From: a virus
Strand: one strand, 5' to 3'
Virus record (IMG/VR): IMGVR_UViG_3300032053_000003
Location: 30,392-94,391 of that record
DNA: 64,000 nucleotides
The position numbers and the translations under genes were made by a program. The notes below the pieces were generated by a model. That model was given only the letters and a program-made list of their open reading frames with translations. It searched no databases and was not told where the DNA came from. This document shows, piece after piece, positions 46,503-57,200 of the stretch; the first letter of the stretch is position 1; each line of letters begins with the position of its first letter.

Positions 46503-49500
46503 ATGAAGCATTATGGTATTGACTCTCAATATCTGCTTACAGCTGAAAGTTCTCAGTCTTTGCCTACCTGGGATACCAAATACAAGAGGTCTTTCATCTA
46601 TTCTGAAGGAGATAGTAGAATGTATTATGGTACGAATACTGGGTGGGCTGCATGGGGAACCTCAGGAACCAGTGGTATTAAAGGAGAAGTAGGAACTTCA
46701 GGCACCAGTGGGTTAGCTGGGTCCAGTGGGACTTCAGGGTCAAAAGGAGAAGTAGGAACCTCAGGCACCAGTGGGTTAGCAGGATCTTCAGGTACTTCTC
46801 CTACAAGTGTTGGAGCATGGGCTACTACAACTGCTCTCAATGCCAGCAGGACTCAGTTTGGTGGGTGTGGTTCAATAGCTTCTGCTCTTGCTTTTGGAGG
46901 TCACACAGGTGGTGGTGCAGCCTTAAATACTACTGAAATCTGGACAGGATCTTCCTGGATGACAGCTTCAGCTACTCTGACTCAAAGTAAAACTTATTTG
47001 TTAGGTATAGGTGATTCTTCTTCAGCCTTGTGTGTGGGTGGTAGTACTTCAGTTACTGAAAAGTGGTCTGGTACAGGCTGGTCAACCACAGGTAGCTTCC
47101 CTATGGTTATTCATGGTCTTTCTGGTGGTGGTTCAACAACTGCAGCTATTGCCTTTGGTGGTTATACAAGCAATTATTCAAACCAGACAAGTACCTGGAA
47201 TGGTGTAGCTTGGTCTGCTGCTAATACTCTAAATCAGGTAAGAGGCTATGGTTCTGGTTGTGGTAATACAACAACTGCCTTGGCAATTGGTGGATTCTCA
47301 GGAGCAAATCTTAATACTGTTGAGAAGTGGGGTAACTCTTCTTGGAGTACCACTACAGCTATACCTACGGCTACCTGGGGTGCAGGTGCTGCTGGGGGTG
47401 CTAGTTTAGCCATTATCTTTGGTGGAAATACAGGTTCAGGTGCTGCTGCTTGCATTAGTTCTTCTTATGCATGGAATGGATCAGCATGGTCTATTACAAC
47501 TTCTTTGAATGCTGTAGTGGTTAATAATGGTGGAGTTGGTGATAAATCCAATGCCCTTTCTTTTGGTGGGGACACTCAGGGAAGTGTGGCAAGAATAGGT
47601 ACTGAGAAATGGGTGGATGGTACCTCAATTACCTCAGGATCATCTGGCTCCAGTGGGACTTCTAGCTCCAGTGGTACTTCAGGGAGTAGTGGATCTTCTG
47701 GTAGTGGTTCTTCAGGTACCAGTGGCTCAAGTGGCTTAAGTGGTTCTTCGGGGACTAGTGGCTCCAGTGGTTCTTCAGGAACCAGTGGCTCAAAAGGTGA
47801 TGCAGGTTCTAGTGGAACCAGTGGGTCTAGTGGAACCAGTGGCTCTACTGGTGCTGATGGTGCTTTTTCAGGCTTAATTTTATATTTTGATCATGTGGAT
47901 TCTGATCTTACCTTGCCTTCAATTACATTAAGTACATTGGCTTTTGTAAATTCTAATCCTGATACATTAGTCCGTTCTGATGTTGGTAGTTTTATAACTG
48001 ATGGGTATATACCAGGACAAAAACTTAAAATAACAGGTGGGGTTAATGATGGATTGGAATTTCCAATTTTATCAGTAGTTGCTAAAACGATTACTTTTAT
48101 TTATTCGGCTGCAGTGACTGCCCAGGCAGAAGGTATATCTATAACTTTGTCAGTTCAAAGAGAGACTCTTACAAGGGTACCCGTATCAGGAACACAGGTG
48201 ATTGAAAGTGTTGAAGTAAAGAGTACATCTCCAGAAGATGTTGTGGGTGCAACATTAGATTCTTATGCAACTGTGCTGACCGTACCGGGATCAACACGAG
48301 TTCCTTCTGGTGTTTGGACCTTCAGATTTTGGGCATATGCAAGTAATTTGGGATCTGAATCTTATATACATTTTGTTATTGCTAAAAAATCAACGTCTGG
48401 AATTGTTACTGATCTATTTAGCACAATTGAGGGTAAATCAGTAATGGTGTCTCTTGCAGGGGATTCAAACGATCAAAAGAGGTATATTCAGACACATGTA
48501 GAGCCTACAGAGTATTCACTGGCAACCACAGATAGGATAATAGTAAGGGTTGTTGCTACTGCAAAAACTACGACAAGAACTGTATCGTTTATCTATCAAG
48601 GTACAGCAATGGCATCATTTATTGAGACACCGTTTAGTGTATCAGCTCCATCTGGAACATCAGGTACCAGTGGTTCTTCAGGCTCCAGTGGTTCTTCAGG
48701 CTCCAGTGGTACTTCTGGCTCAAGTGGTACCTCTGGCTCCAGTGGGTCTGATGGCTCCAGTGGTACAAGTGGCTCTAGTGGGTCTTCAGGAACCAGTGGG
48801 TCTTCAGGAACCAGTGGCTCCAGTGGGTCTGATGGCTCATCAGGTACAAGTGGCTCAAGTGGGTCTTCAGGAACCAGTGGGTCTTCAGGAACCAGTGGGT
48901 CTTCAGGAACCAGTGGCTCCAGTGGTTCTGGTACTGATGTTACTAAAACTTTCTCTCAAGCTGTTAATACTACTTATATTGCAAGTGTTAGTACAGGTAT
49001 AGTTGTAACAGATAATGATAATATTGATTTTGGAACTGGAGATTTTACTTTAGTCTGGAGAGGGAGTTTACCTGATTGGACTCCAAGTATTTATGGGCAG
49101 ATTATACGACATTATGACAGTAATTTGGGTGTTGGATGGGTATTTAGTACTGATACTGGAAGTACTGGTAAGTTAAGACTTAGAAGAAGTACTAATGTTG
49201 CAACTTCTACAGTCTTTTCTAATATTGTTGATGGATCAGTAGCAGAAGTAGCTGTTGTGGTAGATTCTACTAATGCTACCTTTTATGTTAACGGAGTACA
49301 ATTAGGAAATGCTGTTGCTTGTGGAGCAGTAGATGTTTCTAATACTGGGATACTTGAAATACTTGGAGATCAGAATGGTGCACAACATGCAGGAATCTGT
49401 TTATTTGCTGCTACTTACAATCGTGCTTTAACATCTACAGAAGTATTAGATTTATATAAAAATGGTATCAATTATGCTGATAAATGGGGAAGTCAGACAG

Positions 49501-50879
49501 CACAGTTATCTGGTACTATGTCAGGAGGAGCGTATGATACAATAGACGAGACGACAACTACAGGGTTTCATGCAGTTAATTTAACTTCACACGGAGGATA
49601 TGCAGGAACTACTGATGCGATGTCTGTTGTTGCGGGGAAGAGGTATCGAATATCTTATATAATAGCTCTATCCAGTGGAACATTACCCCAATCTGTTCAA
49701 TTCAGTGAGTCCTTGGGAGGAGGAAGCGTTATTGGTTTTACTAATGTCCCCGTAAATGGTGTTAATTCCACTGAATTTACAGCCTTGTTAACAGGCACTG
49801 GGGTGTTTTGGTGGTATAATAATTCTGGGGCTGTGGACTATACTGTGTCTAATTTTCTCTTTGTCGAAGTTGGGGCAACTCTTGCCCTCGAATCAGAAGG
49901 AATTCATACTGATAAATGGTATGATTCTTCAATAAATGCTTTAGATGCAACTTATCCAACAACAGGAAGTAGCCTAGTCAGGAATCCTTTTTTACCTATG
50001 ATTGTGGGAGGAGATAAAACAACATCTGATCTTACATTAAAAACTACTATTGGAGTAGGTACAACTGGTGCAGATATGCACTTTTTAGTGGGTAATAATG
50101 GTGCAACTGAGGCTATGACTATTTTAAATAATGGTAATATTGGTATGTTTACAACTGATATTGAAGCCTGGTCTGCTAGTTATTGGGCTATTCAATTTCC
50201 AGTTGGGGCATTACAGATAGCCAAAACAAGTCCTGTTATAGGTGTTACAGATAATTCATATTATACTGCCACTGGGTATAAACGTAGAATAGAAGCAGCA
50301 GCAGCACAATATATAATAAATAGTGGAACACATAGCTTTCGAGTAGTAGCATCAAATACTATTGATAGTGTAATAACTTGGATATCTGCAATGAGGGTTG
50401 ATAATACAGGCAACGTAGGCATTGGGAATTTTGAATTGGGAATAGAACCTGCAACTAAGCTTGATGTAGCAGGTTCAATGCAGGTTTCATCTGCTGTGGC
50501 TCTCAGTTTAGGTGGTTATGTAAGAACATTTGCAGAGGCTACAGGCACTCCTTCTGGTTCAACTACATATTTTGATATAGCTGTTAACGTACCCACTGGA
50601 TGTAAATTATTAGGTTGTCAATTAAGAGTGGATGCTACTCTTGCAACTGGGGAAACCTGGGGAGCTGCCTATATTACTGGCTCTACAACTGTGATAGCAG
50701 CAGCAGGTCAGGCTGTTGCAGCAAATACTAAAGTAAATAAAATGCATCTTGATGAGATAACCTCAGCAACTACTAAAGTAAGGATTACCAGAGATTCAGG
50801 TAATTTTTCAAATGGATATGGGATTATACGAGCAATAGTTTATTATGAAACATTTACGGCAATGGGCAACGCCAATTGA
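46503..50879 (+). CDS. giant fibre protein (1458 aa): N-terminal anchor domain + Kelch-type beta-propeller + GXY linkers + LamG/concanavalin-like lectin domain + C-terminal domains
   Basis: Six repeats of about 50 aa with GG...W...W (ALAFGGHTGGGAALNTTEIWTGSSW...). LamG-like segment DFGTGDFTLVWRGSL...ATFYVNGVQLG...; two GSSGTSG blocks. Confidence 0.7.
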   Translation: MKHYGIDSQYLLTAESSQSLPTWDTKYKRSFIYSEGDSRMYYGTNTGWAAWGTSGTSGIKGEVGTSGTSGLAGSSGTSGSKGEVGTSGTSGLAGSSGTSPTSVGAWATTTALNASRTQFGGCGSIASALAFGGHTGGGAALNTTEIWTGSSWMTASATLTQSKTYLLGIGDSSSALCVGGSTSVTEKWSGTGWSTTGSFPMVIHGLSGGGSTTAAIAFGGYTSNYSNQTSTWNGVAWSAANTLNQVRGYGSGCGNTTTALAIGGFSGANLNTVEKWGNSSWSTTTAIPTATWGAGAAGGASLAIIFGGNTGSGAAACISSSYAWNGSAWSITTSLNAVVVNNGGVGDKSNALSFGGDTQGSVARIGTEKWVDGTSITSGSSGSSGTSSSSGTSGSSGSSGSGSSGTSGSSGLSGSSGTSGSSGSSGTSGSKGDAGSSGTSGSSGTSGSTGADGAFSGLILYFDHVDSDLTLPSITLSTLAFVNSNPDTLVRSDVGSFITDGYIPGQKLKITGGVNDGLEFPILSVVAKTITFIYSAAVTAQAEGISITLSVQRETLTRVPVSGTQVIESVEVKSTSPEDVVGATLDSYATVLTVPGSTRVPSGVWTFRFWAYASNLGSESYIHFVIAKKSTSGIVTDLFSTIEGKSVMVSLAGDSNDQKRYIQTHVEPTEYSLATTDRIIVRVVATAKTTTRTVSFIYQGTAMASFIETPFSVSAPSGTSGTSGSSGSSGSSGSSGTSGSSGTSGSSGSDGSSGTSGSSGSSGTSGSSGTSGSSGSDGSSGTSGSSGSSGTSGSSGTSGSSGTSGSSGSGTDVTKTFSQAVNTTYIASVSTGIVVTDNDNIDFGTGDFTLVWRGSLPDWTPSIYGQIIRHYDSNLGVGWVFSTDTGSTGKLRLRRSTNVATSTVFSNIVDGSVAEVAVVVDSTNATFYVNGVQLGNAVACGAVDVSNTGILEILGDQNGAQHAGICLFAATYNRALTSTEVLDLYKNGINYADKWGSQTAQLSGTMSGGAYDTIDETTTTGFHAVNLTSHGGYAGTTDAMSVVAGKRYRISYIIALSSGTLPQSVQFSESLGGGSVIGFTNVPVNGVNSTEFTALLTGTGVFWWYNNSGAVDYTVSNFLFVEVGATLALESEGIHTDKWYDSSINALDATYPTTGSSLVRNPFLPMIVGGDKTTSDLTLKTTIGVGTTGADMHFLVGNNGATEAMTILNNGNIGMFTTDIEAWSASYWAIQFPVGALQIAKTSPVIGVTDNSYYTATGYKRRIEAAAAQYIINSGTHSFRVVASNTIDSVITWISAMRVDNTGNVGIGNFELGIEPATKLDVAGSMQVSSAVALSLGGYVRTFAEATGTPSGSTTYFDIAVNVPTGCKLLGCQLRVDATLATGETWGAAYITGSTTVIAAAGQAVAANTKVNKMHLDEITSATTKVRITRDSGNFSNGYGIIRAIVYYETFTAMGNAN

Positions 50880-50911
50880 TCTGAATGTAATCTGTAATTT
50901 CTGAGGTATCT

Positions 50912-51535
50912 ATGAACCTTTTTGCACCCAAACCCAAAAGTTTGATTCTTGATCCTTATTCTGGGACACCAGTGGAACTTCAAAATTTCCACATTGAGCC
51001 TTGTGACCTCTTTTTTACCCATGGTGATAAACTTTTTAGTAAGATTATTAGGCTTGGTGAAAAACATCTAGGTGATTGGATCTCTGTTATAAATCATACA
51101 GGGATAGTAGTTGAGCAAGGAACCATAGGGTCTGCTGATGTGATTGAAGCATTGGCTACAGTAAAGAAGCATACTTTATGGGAACAGTATCATGGTCAAT
51201 CAGATCAGGTAGCCGTATTTAGGCCCCTTGGCCTTACTGATGAGCAAAAGAAAATCATTGTTGATAAGGCTATTGATTATGAGGGTAGAACATATGGGTA
51301 TGCAAAGATAGCCACTAATGCTTTAGATTTCTTTACTGGTGGTCATTATATCTTCAGAAGACTAACAAATAGTGATCAGTATCCTATTTGTAGTTGGGTA
51401 GTAGCCCACTCATATTCCAAGGTGGGTCTGACATTCGGTTGTGATCCAGGACAGGCAAATCCAGATGATATATGGGATTACTGCTTGGGTCATCCAGATA
51501 AATATCAACTTATTTTCAGCCTACAAAAAGTATAA
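50912..51535 (+). CDS. putative cell-wall hydrolase, permuted NlpC/P60 (YiiX/DUF830-like) papain-fold peptidase
   Basis: H..G (NHTGIVV) precedes the Cys motif (YPICSWVV), the order typical of permuted NlpC/P60; lies between fibre genes like a tail-associated lysin. Confidence 0.45.
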   Translation: MNLFAPKPKSLILDPYSGTPVELQNFHIEPCDLFFTHGDKLFSKIIRLGEKHLGDWISVINHTGIVVEQGTIGSADVIEALATVKKHTLWEQYHGQSDQVAVFRPLGLTDEQKKIIVDKAIDYEGRTYGYAKIATNALDFFTGGHYIFRRLTNSDQYPICSWVVAHSYSKVGLTFGCDPGQANPDDIWDYCLGHPDKYQLIFSLQKV

Positions 51536-51552
51536 ACAGGAGGTAAGACCAA

Positions 51553-52382
51553 TGAGGCATTATGGTATTGATGATCAATATTTACTGCAAGCGGAGACAT
51601 GTGACCCTCTTCCTTCTTGGGAAGCAAAGTACACCAGGAGCTTCATTTATGACCTTGATACTAAGACAATGTACTATGCTACGGATACAAAGTGGGTAGC
51701 TGTCAGTGCTAACGTACTTGCTGGCTATATTCATCCTCAGGCATCAGCATCAGCAACTTGGAGTGTTGTTCATGATCTGGGTGTCCAGGATGTAAGTGTC
51801 ACCGTCTATGGTGAGGACAACAAGGTCATGATGCCTATCGACATTGAGACAATCAGTGTCAATGCTCTCACAATTACCTTTGGTGAGGCTGTGGCAGGTA
51901 AGGCTGTCATCGTTACAGGTAACCCTGGCACAGTGACCTACAGTCAGCAGAAGGTTACACTTGCCAAAGGGACCTCTCTTGCTGATGGTGATTGGAAGGG
52001 TCTGGCTATTACAGGTGCAGTAGGTGGTTCAATAACCAAGGGAGACCTCTGCTACTGCAAACTTAATTTGGGTGCTTGGAAGTACTATCGTTATGATGCT
52101 GATGCTACTGATAAGCTAATTCTCCCCTCAGCCTTAGCTCTTGATTCTTACATATCAGGGGATGGTAGCTTCTTAATCGATGGTGAGATGAGGAATGATG
52201 CTTGGACAGGGCTTGCTGGGACTGCTGATGCATCAACTACAGTCTATGCAAGTACGGCTACAGGTAACCTTACCATGACTGCCCCAGCTGTCTCAGGTAA
52301 CGAAGTTGTTGTTGTAGGTGTACTCATTGCTGCTTACACCCTTCAGCTAAAGATCGGGTATGCTTGGCTTGAGGTGAAGTAA
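51553..52382 (+). CDS. short fibre protein with conserved N-terminal anchor domain (MRHYGIDDQYLLQAETCDPLPSWEAKYTRSFIY...)
   Basis: GGAGG SD before ATG 51553; N-terminus paralogous to 44956 and 46503 genes. ORF-track start 51441 would overlap the upstream gene. Confidence 0.6.
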
Positions 52383-52406
52383 CCAACAGCTCTAACCTCC
52401 TGGTAT

Positions 52407-52440
52407 AGAGGGAGTCTGTCTTTGGGCTCCCTCTTTGTAC
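52407..52440 (+). terminator. candidate terminator hairpin
   Basis: AGAGGGAGTC-TGTCTTTG-GGCTCCCTCT 10-bp stem (one G-U) followed by TTTG. Confidence 0.4.
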
Positions 52441-52546
52441 CTAAACTTAGAGGTTGAAAAACTTGATATCATTGCTTTAGGGTATTAACATTATGGGGCA
52501 AGAGTGTAGAGAAGAGTGTGATATTCCTATAGATAAGGGGGGTAGT

Positions 52547-54211
52547 ATGCCTGTAATCAGCAAATATGGATCAGATGAGCCTCAGAAGATCCAGGAGTTC
52601 CTAGAAGTATCTAAGCCTTTTGATGTGTCAGAAGTAATTCAAGGGACCTCTCTTTTAAAGTTGGAGGATATAGATTTTCTTAATGAGCATGCTAGTCAAT
52701 TTGAGCAAAGATTTAATGCTAGATCTATATTTAGGTCAAAATTTGAAATGGAAGCTTCTGTTCTTAATGATGATGTTCATCCTACTCCTGATAGCAAATA
52801 TTTCCAGGCAATTGGGGAGCAGAATGTCCACCTTACAGAGTTGATATCTCTTATTTATAATGTAAAAAAAGGTGGTAAGGATATCGAACTGAAAGGGATA
52901 GATCTTGATGAGGTCAACCTTCAGCTCAAACGTCTGCATAGAGAGAATGTTGAGCTGTGTGAGAGGATATCAAAACCTGATGCCGTAGCTTCCAGAGAGG
53001 ATGCTGACAGGTTAGATGAATTGCCTATTCTTATTAATAGGAAAGAAAAAGAGATCGAAAAACTTGAGTTGGAACTTGATGAGCTGAAGTTCAATATCAA
53101 GCAGTCCAATAAGGTAGCTCAGGAGCGTATCCGTGAGGTTAAACAGTGGGAAGCTATTATTGCCAAGCTTGTTCCTCAACTTGAGTTTGGGATCGAAGAC
53201 TTTGAGCTGCATCACCCAAAACGATATGTTCAGAGATATGGTCGTAGGGCTATGCATCTCGATATTCTTAATCCTGAAGATAAGGAGAATGTAGTCAGTC
53301 ATTTCTTATCTTTTGCAGGTCATACAGATAACAAAGAGGAAGCCAAGAAGTTTCTTAAGGATATGGTGACTGTAGGTGGCATGCCAATGAATCATGGATT
53401 GGTTAAGGCTCTTCAGGCATCTATAGGACAACCCAACTTGCAACAGTTGTCAGCTCCTGATGTTAAGAGGCTAGATCAGGATTACCCCAGTAAGGAAATA
53501 GCTAACCTGGATGATCCTGTTGTGAAGAGCTTCTTTATCAGGAAGACTCTCAAGATCTTGGTGTGTTCTCCTCATCGTCTTCCTACAGATAAGATTATTA
53601 TGAATATGTGGGCACTCCAGACACCTGCTGCTTTTGATTGTCAGCTGTGGGAACCTCATGGGATGTCAGTTGCTGAGGCTCGTACCTCATCTATTAAGAA
53701 AGCTATTGCAGAAGGGTACCAGTTCATTCAGTGGATTGATGATGATATGATTCTACCCAGGAATGCCTTAGTGCAGCTTATCAGTCACGTTGCTGACATC
53801 GTAGGTGGTTTCTACTATCGTAAGTATGAGCCTATTGAGTCCTGTGGTATGCATGAGTATGTTATCAACAATGAGATGGTGCCAAGACCTATTAAGGATT
53901 TTAAGATAGGTGAGGTTATTCATCATACTTTGGTTCTTCCCTCTGGTTGTACTCTTCTTAATCTTGATATCTTTAAGAATGAGAAGATGGAGGAGCCTTG
54001 GTATAGGACTGTTACAATAACAGGTGCACCAGCAATTACAGAGGACACCTATTTTTGCCAAAAGGCACGGTTGGCTGGGTATGATGTGCTTACCGATACA
54101 GGTGTTCAATGTATCCATGTTGATCTGGCAAGTAATAGGATCTTCGGGCATCCTGAAGTAGTTGATATGAGTAAGAATATTATTCTTAATCCGTATAATT
54201 ATTGCTTATAA
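52547..54211 (+). CDS. coiled-coil + GT-A fold glycosyltransferase (GT2-like); alt start 52493
   Basis: GGGGGG SD before ATG 52547; C-terminal half has FIQWIDDDMILP (DxD) and GGFYYRKYE typical of GT-A; central ELELDELKFNIKQ coiled coil. Confidence 0.55.
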   Translation: MPVISKYGSDEPQKIQEFLEVSKPFDVSEVIQGTSLLKLEDIDFLNEHASQFEQRFNARSIFRSKFEMEASVLNDDVHPTPDSKYFQAIGEQNVHLTELISLIYNVKKGGKDIELKGIDLDEVNLQLKRLHRENVELCERISKPDAVASREDADRLDELPILINRKEKEIEKLELELDELKFNIKQSNKVAQERIREVKQWEAIIAKLVPQLEFGIEDFELHHPKRYVQRYGRRAMHLDILNPEDKENVVSHFLSFAGHTDNKEEAKKFLKDMVTVGGMPMNHGLVKALQASIGQPNLQQLSAPDVKRLDQDYPSKEIANLDDPVVKSFFIRKTLKILVCSPHRLPTDKIIMNMWALQTPAAFDCQLWEPHGMSVAEARTSSIKKAIAEGYQFIQWIDDDMILPRNALVQLISHVADIVGGFYYRKYEPIESCGMHEYVINNEMVPRPIKDFKIGEVIHHTLVLPSGCTLLNLDIFKNEKMEEPWYRTVTITGAPAITEDTYFCQKARLAGYDVLTDTGVQCIHVDLASNRIFGHPEVVDMSKNIILNPYNYCL

Positions 54212-54252
54212 GCAGTAGAGTAGTATCACATAAACACTACCAAATGTGAGGG

Positions 54253-57200
54253 GTGTGCATGCCTGATAAATTTGAAAATATATTGGCTGTTTGTAGCTTT
54301 CTGGGCACTTCTGGTTATAACTATCATGCTCGTGGGTTTTTTACAGCACTCAATAAGCTTCTCCCTGTAGCTATCAAGAATTGGTCCTATGATGATAATC
54401 CTTATTATCTGACCAATGAGCAAAAGGTTATGATGGCTGCTGCCTCTGGGAAGAGCTTTTCCTTCGGTGAGTGCATTACTGTATGTCTTCACGAATCCAA
54501 TCATGAAGATTGGTATAAACATGCTTACAAGTCACCTAAGATAGCCTTTAATGTATGGGAATCTACCAGACAGACTGAGAGGTTTTTTCAGAAGCTTCTT
54601 GAGTTTGACCAGATCTGGGTCCCCAGTGAATGGCAGAAGAAGTATACGGTTGAACAGGGTGCCCCTGCTGATAAGGTATTTGTTATACCTGAAGGAATAG
54701 ATACAGATCGTTTCAAGGTTACAGAGCCTACTATTAACTACCATTTTGCAGATAAGGATAAGTTTACTTTTACTATTGCAGGTAGGTGGGAATATCGAAA
54801 AGCTACAACAGAGATGATCCGGACATTCAATGAGACTTTTAGAGATGTAGATGATGTTGAGTTACTTATCCTGGTAGATAATCCTTTTGATAGACAGAAA
54901 ATGTCTACAGAGGACAAACTATTACAGAATGGCTTAGGTAATAAAAAGATCAAAATCCTTCATAAACTCTCACAAGAGGATTATGACCAGCTGATATGTG
55001 AAACAAATTGTTTCTTATCTTGTAGTAGGGCTGAGGGCTGGAACCTTCCATTATGTTTTCCAGTAGGTACAGAGATTATTACTCCTAGTGGTTTTAAGCT
55101 TATAGAGACTATTAAACAGGGTGATGATGTATTTTCTCATAAGGGATTATCTAGAAAAGTTAAAGGTGTAATGACCAGGGAGTACAGAGGTGATTTAATT
55201 AATGTTGATATTTATAATAATATAAATACTCTCTCTGCTACTCCTGAACATCCTGTGAGGGTTATTAAACGAAATAGGATGTCTACTATGTATGGTGGTT
55301 CCTTATTGGAGTATATTCAAAAGAGAAAGTTGGAACCTGAGTGGATTCCAATAAAAGAGATAGAAAAAGGGGATCTTCTTGTTCAGGCTATTCCTTGTAC
55401 TTTATTAAAGAATAATATTACTATAGATTTATTGAATTATCTACCAAATATGCAGTTTGATTCTGAATATATTTGGAGCAAATATAGTAATAATCCAAAG
55501 GAAAAGGGGAGTAATGTTAAAAAAGTTAATAGATTTGTTAAGTTAAAGGATCTAACCTTTTTGATAGGTTGGTATCTTGCTGAAGGTAATTCTTATAAAA
55601 CTAGGTTGGACTTTACAGTTAACTCTATTACAGAACAAGGAGTTGCAGCTAGGATTAAGGATGATTTTAATAGGTTGTTTGGTGTTGACTCTGTTTTTAA
55701 GGAAGACTCTGATAAAGATGCATTGCACATAAGGATCAGCTCCTCAATATTGGCTACTTTTTTTAAGCTTTATTGTGGGGGCAAGCAAAGTTTCAGGTTT
55801 ATCCCTAATGAAGTTTTATATGGTAATATTGACATCCTACAAGAAGTCATATCAAATTTATTCTTAGGTGATGGGTGTCATCAGCAGGAGAGGGATAGGA
55901 ATCTACTTACTACATGTTCCGAAGTGCTTGCTAATCAGGTTGTAATAGCATTGCATAGATTAGGTTACAAGGCAGGAACTCAGAAAGTAAAAAGAAATAG
56001 AAAATGTAAGCATTATGTAGTTAGTTTTGCTTATGATTCTTTTAATGGTACACATAGTAACAAACAGTATGTTTTTGAGAAAGAGGTATGGCATTTTGTT
56101 AAAAAAGTAACAAAGACTTCTTATGAGGGCATTGTATACAATTTTGAAGTAGAGAAAGATAATTCGTATCTTACTCATACAGCTTCTGTGCATAATTGTG
56201 AGTTCATGGCTTGTGGAGTCCCTGCTATATGCTCAAACTGGTCAGGTCATCTGGAATTTGCTAAGGATTATGCCAGTCTTGTTAATACAGATTATCTAAA
56301 AGCTGCATGGTCAGAGTTTGGTGACTTTCCTGGAGAGTATGCTGAGCCTGATTTTAAGCATCTTGGTCAGTTGATGTTGGCACACTATGCTGATCATTCA
56401 AACTTTACTACTAGAGCAGTAGAAGGGGCTGAGTACCTAAAGGGCTTTACTTGGGAGAATGCAGCTAAAATAGCTCTGAGTACCATGAAGCCCTTGATGA
56501 TAAGGACTACACCTATAAACATTGTAGAGCCTAAAGGTGAGAAACCTCCTGTTAAGGTTGAGGTTACTGAGCCTATTGTAATCAAAAAGTCTGAGATAAA
56601 GGCTGAGGTCAGTAAGAAGGTGAAAAGTAAGGACATCATCGTTATTGACTGCTTTCCTAATACTGAAAATAAGTTAAAAAAGCTTGTTGACACTATTTAT
56701 TTTGTAAAGAAGTTTGAAAAACCAATAGCACTGGTATCTCATCTTCCTATCCCAGAAAGTGTACAGGTCCTTGTAGATTACTACATCTTTGATGTTGACA
56801 ATACCCTGCCTGATTACAGGTTGCCTATATACTATACCTTCAGTGATTTAAAGTTGTTAGGCAGACTTGATCGTCCTTATCATAGTCTCCCTATTGTGAA
56901 GTCCCTTCAGAATATCTGTAAGATGTTCTCTAATTTTGAGAGGATACACTTCATTGAATACGATATAAACATTGATTTTGAGAAGCACCTTTCAAATGTA
57001 GCAACCCATAAGGACAAGGATCTGGTTAGCTACTTCTATGAGGGCACTGGTATCTATACCAATATCATGACCTTTAAGCCTTCTCTGATGCTTGAGGTTC
57101 TCACAACCCAGACTCTTAATTGGGAAGACTACAAGAAGATGGCTTCTCCTGTGATACTGGAGAGAGATCTCATCTTTGAAAATTGGATGTTCAAGATCCT

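Noticed and set aside
34511-49002. Many antisense or off-frame ORFs with PxxP/VPEVP or LQVQVAQVG repeat translations (e.g. 34511..34774-, 34841..35263-, 36172..36492+, 36898..37440+, 37009..37377-, 38255..38998-, 38392..39081+, 45035..46240+, 45698..45952-, 46625..46840-, 48550..49002+)
   Set aside because: They are alternative-frame readings of the GGN-rich collagen-like coding repeats. They have no SD and overlap the sense fibre genes completely. Stop-free shadow frames are expected in such low-complexity DNA.
51441-51552. ORF-track start of the short fibre at 51441 (MIQDRQIQ...)
   Set aside because: It would overlap the upstream peptidase gene by 95 nt. The conserved paralogous N-terminus (MRHYGIDDQYLL) with a GGAGG SD begins at 51553.
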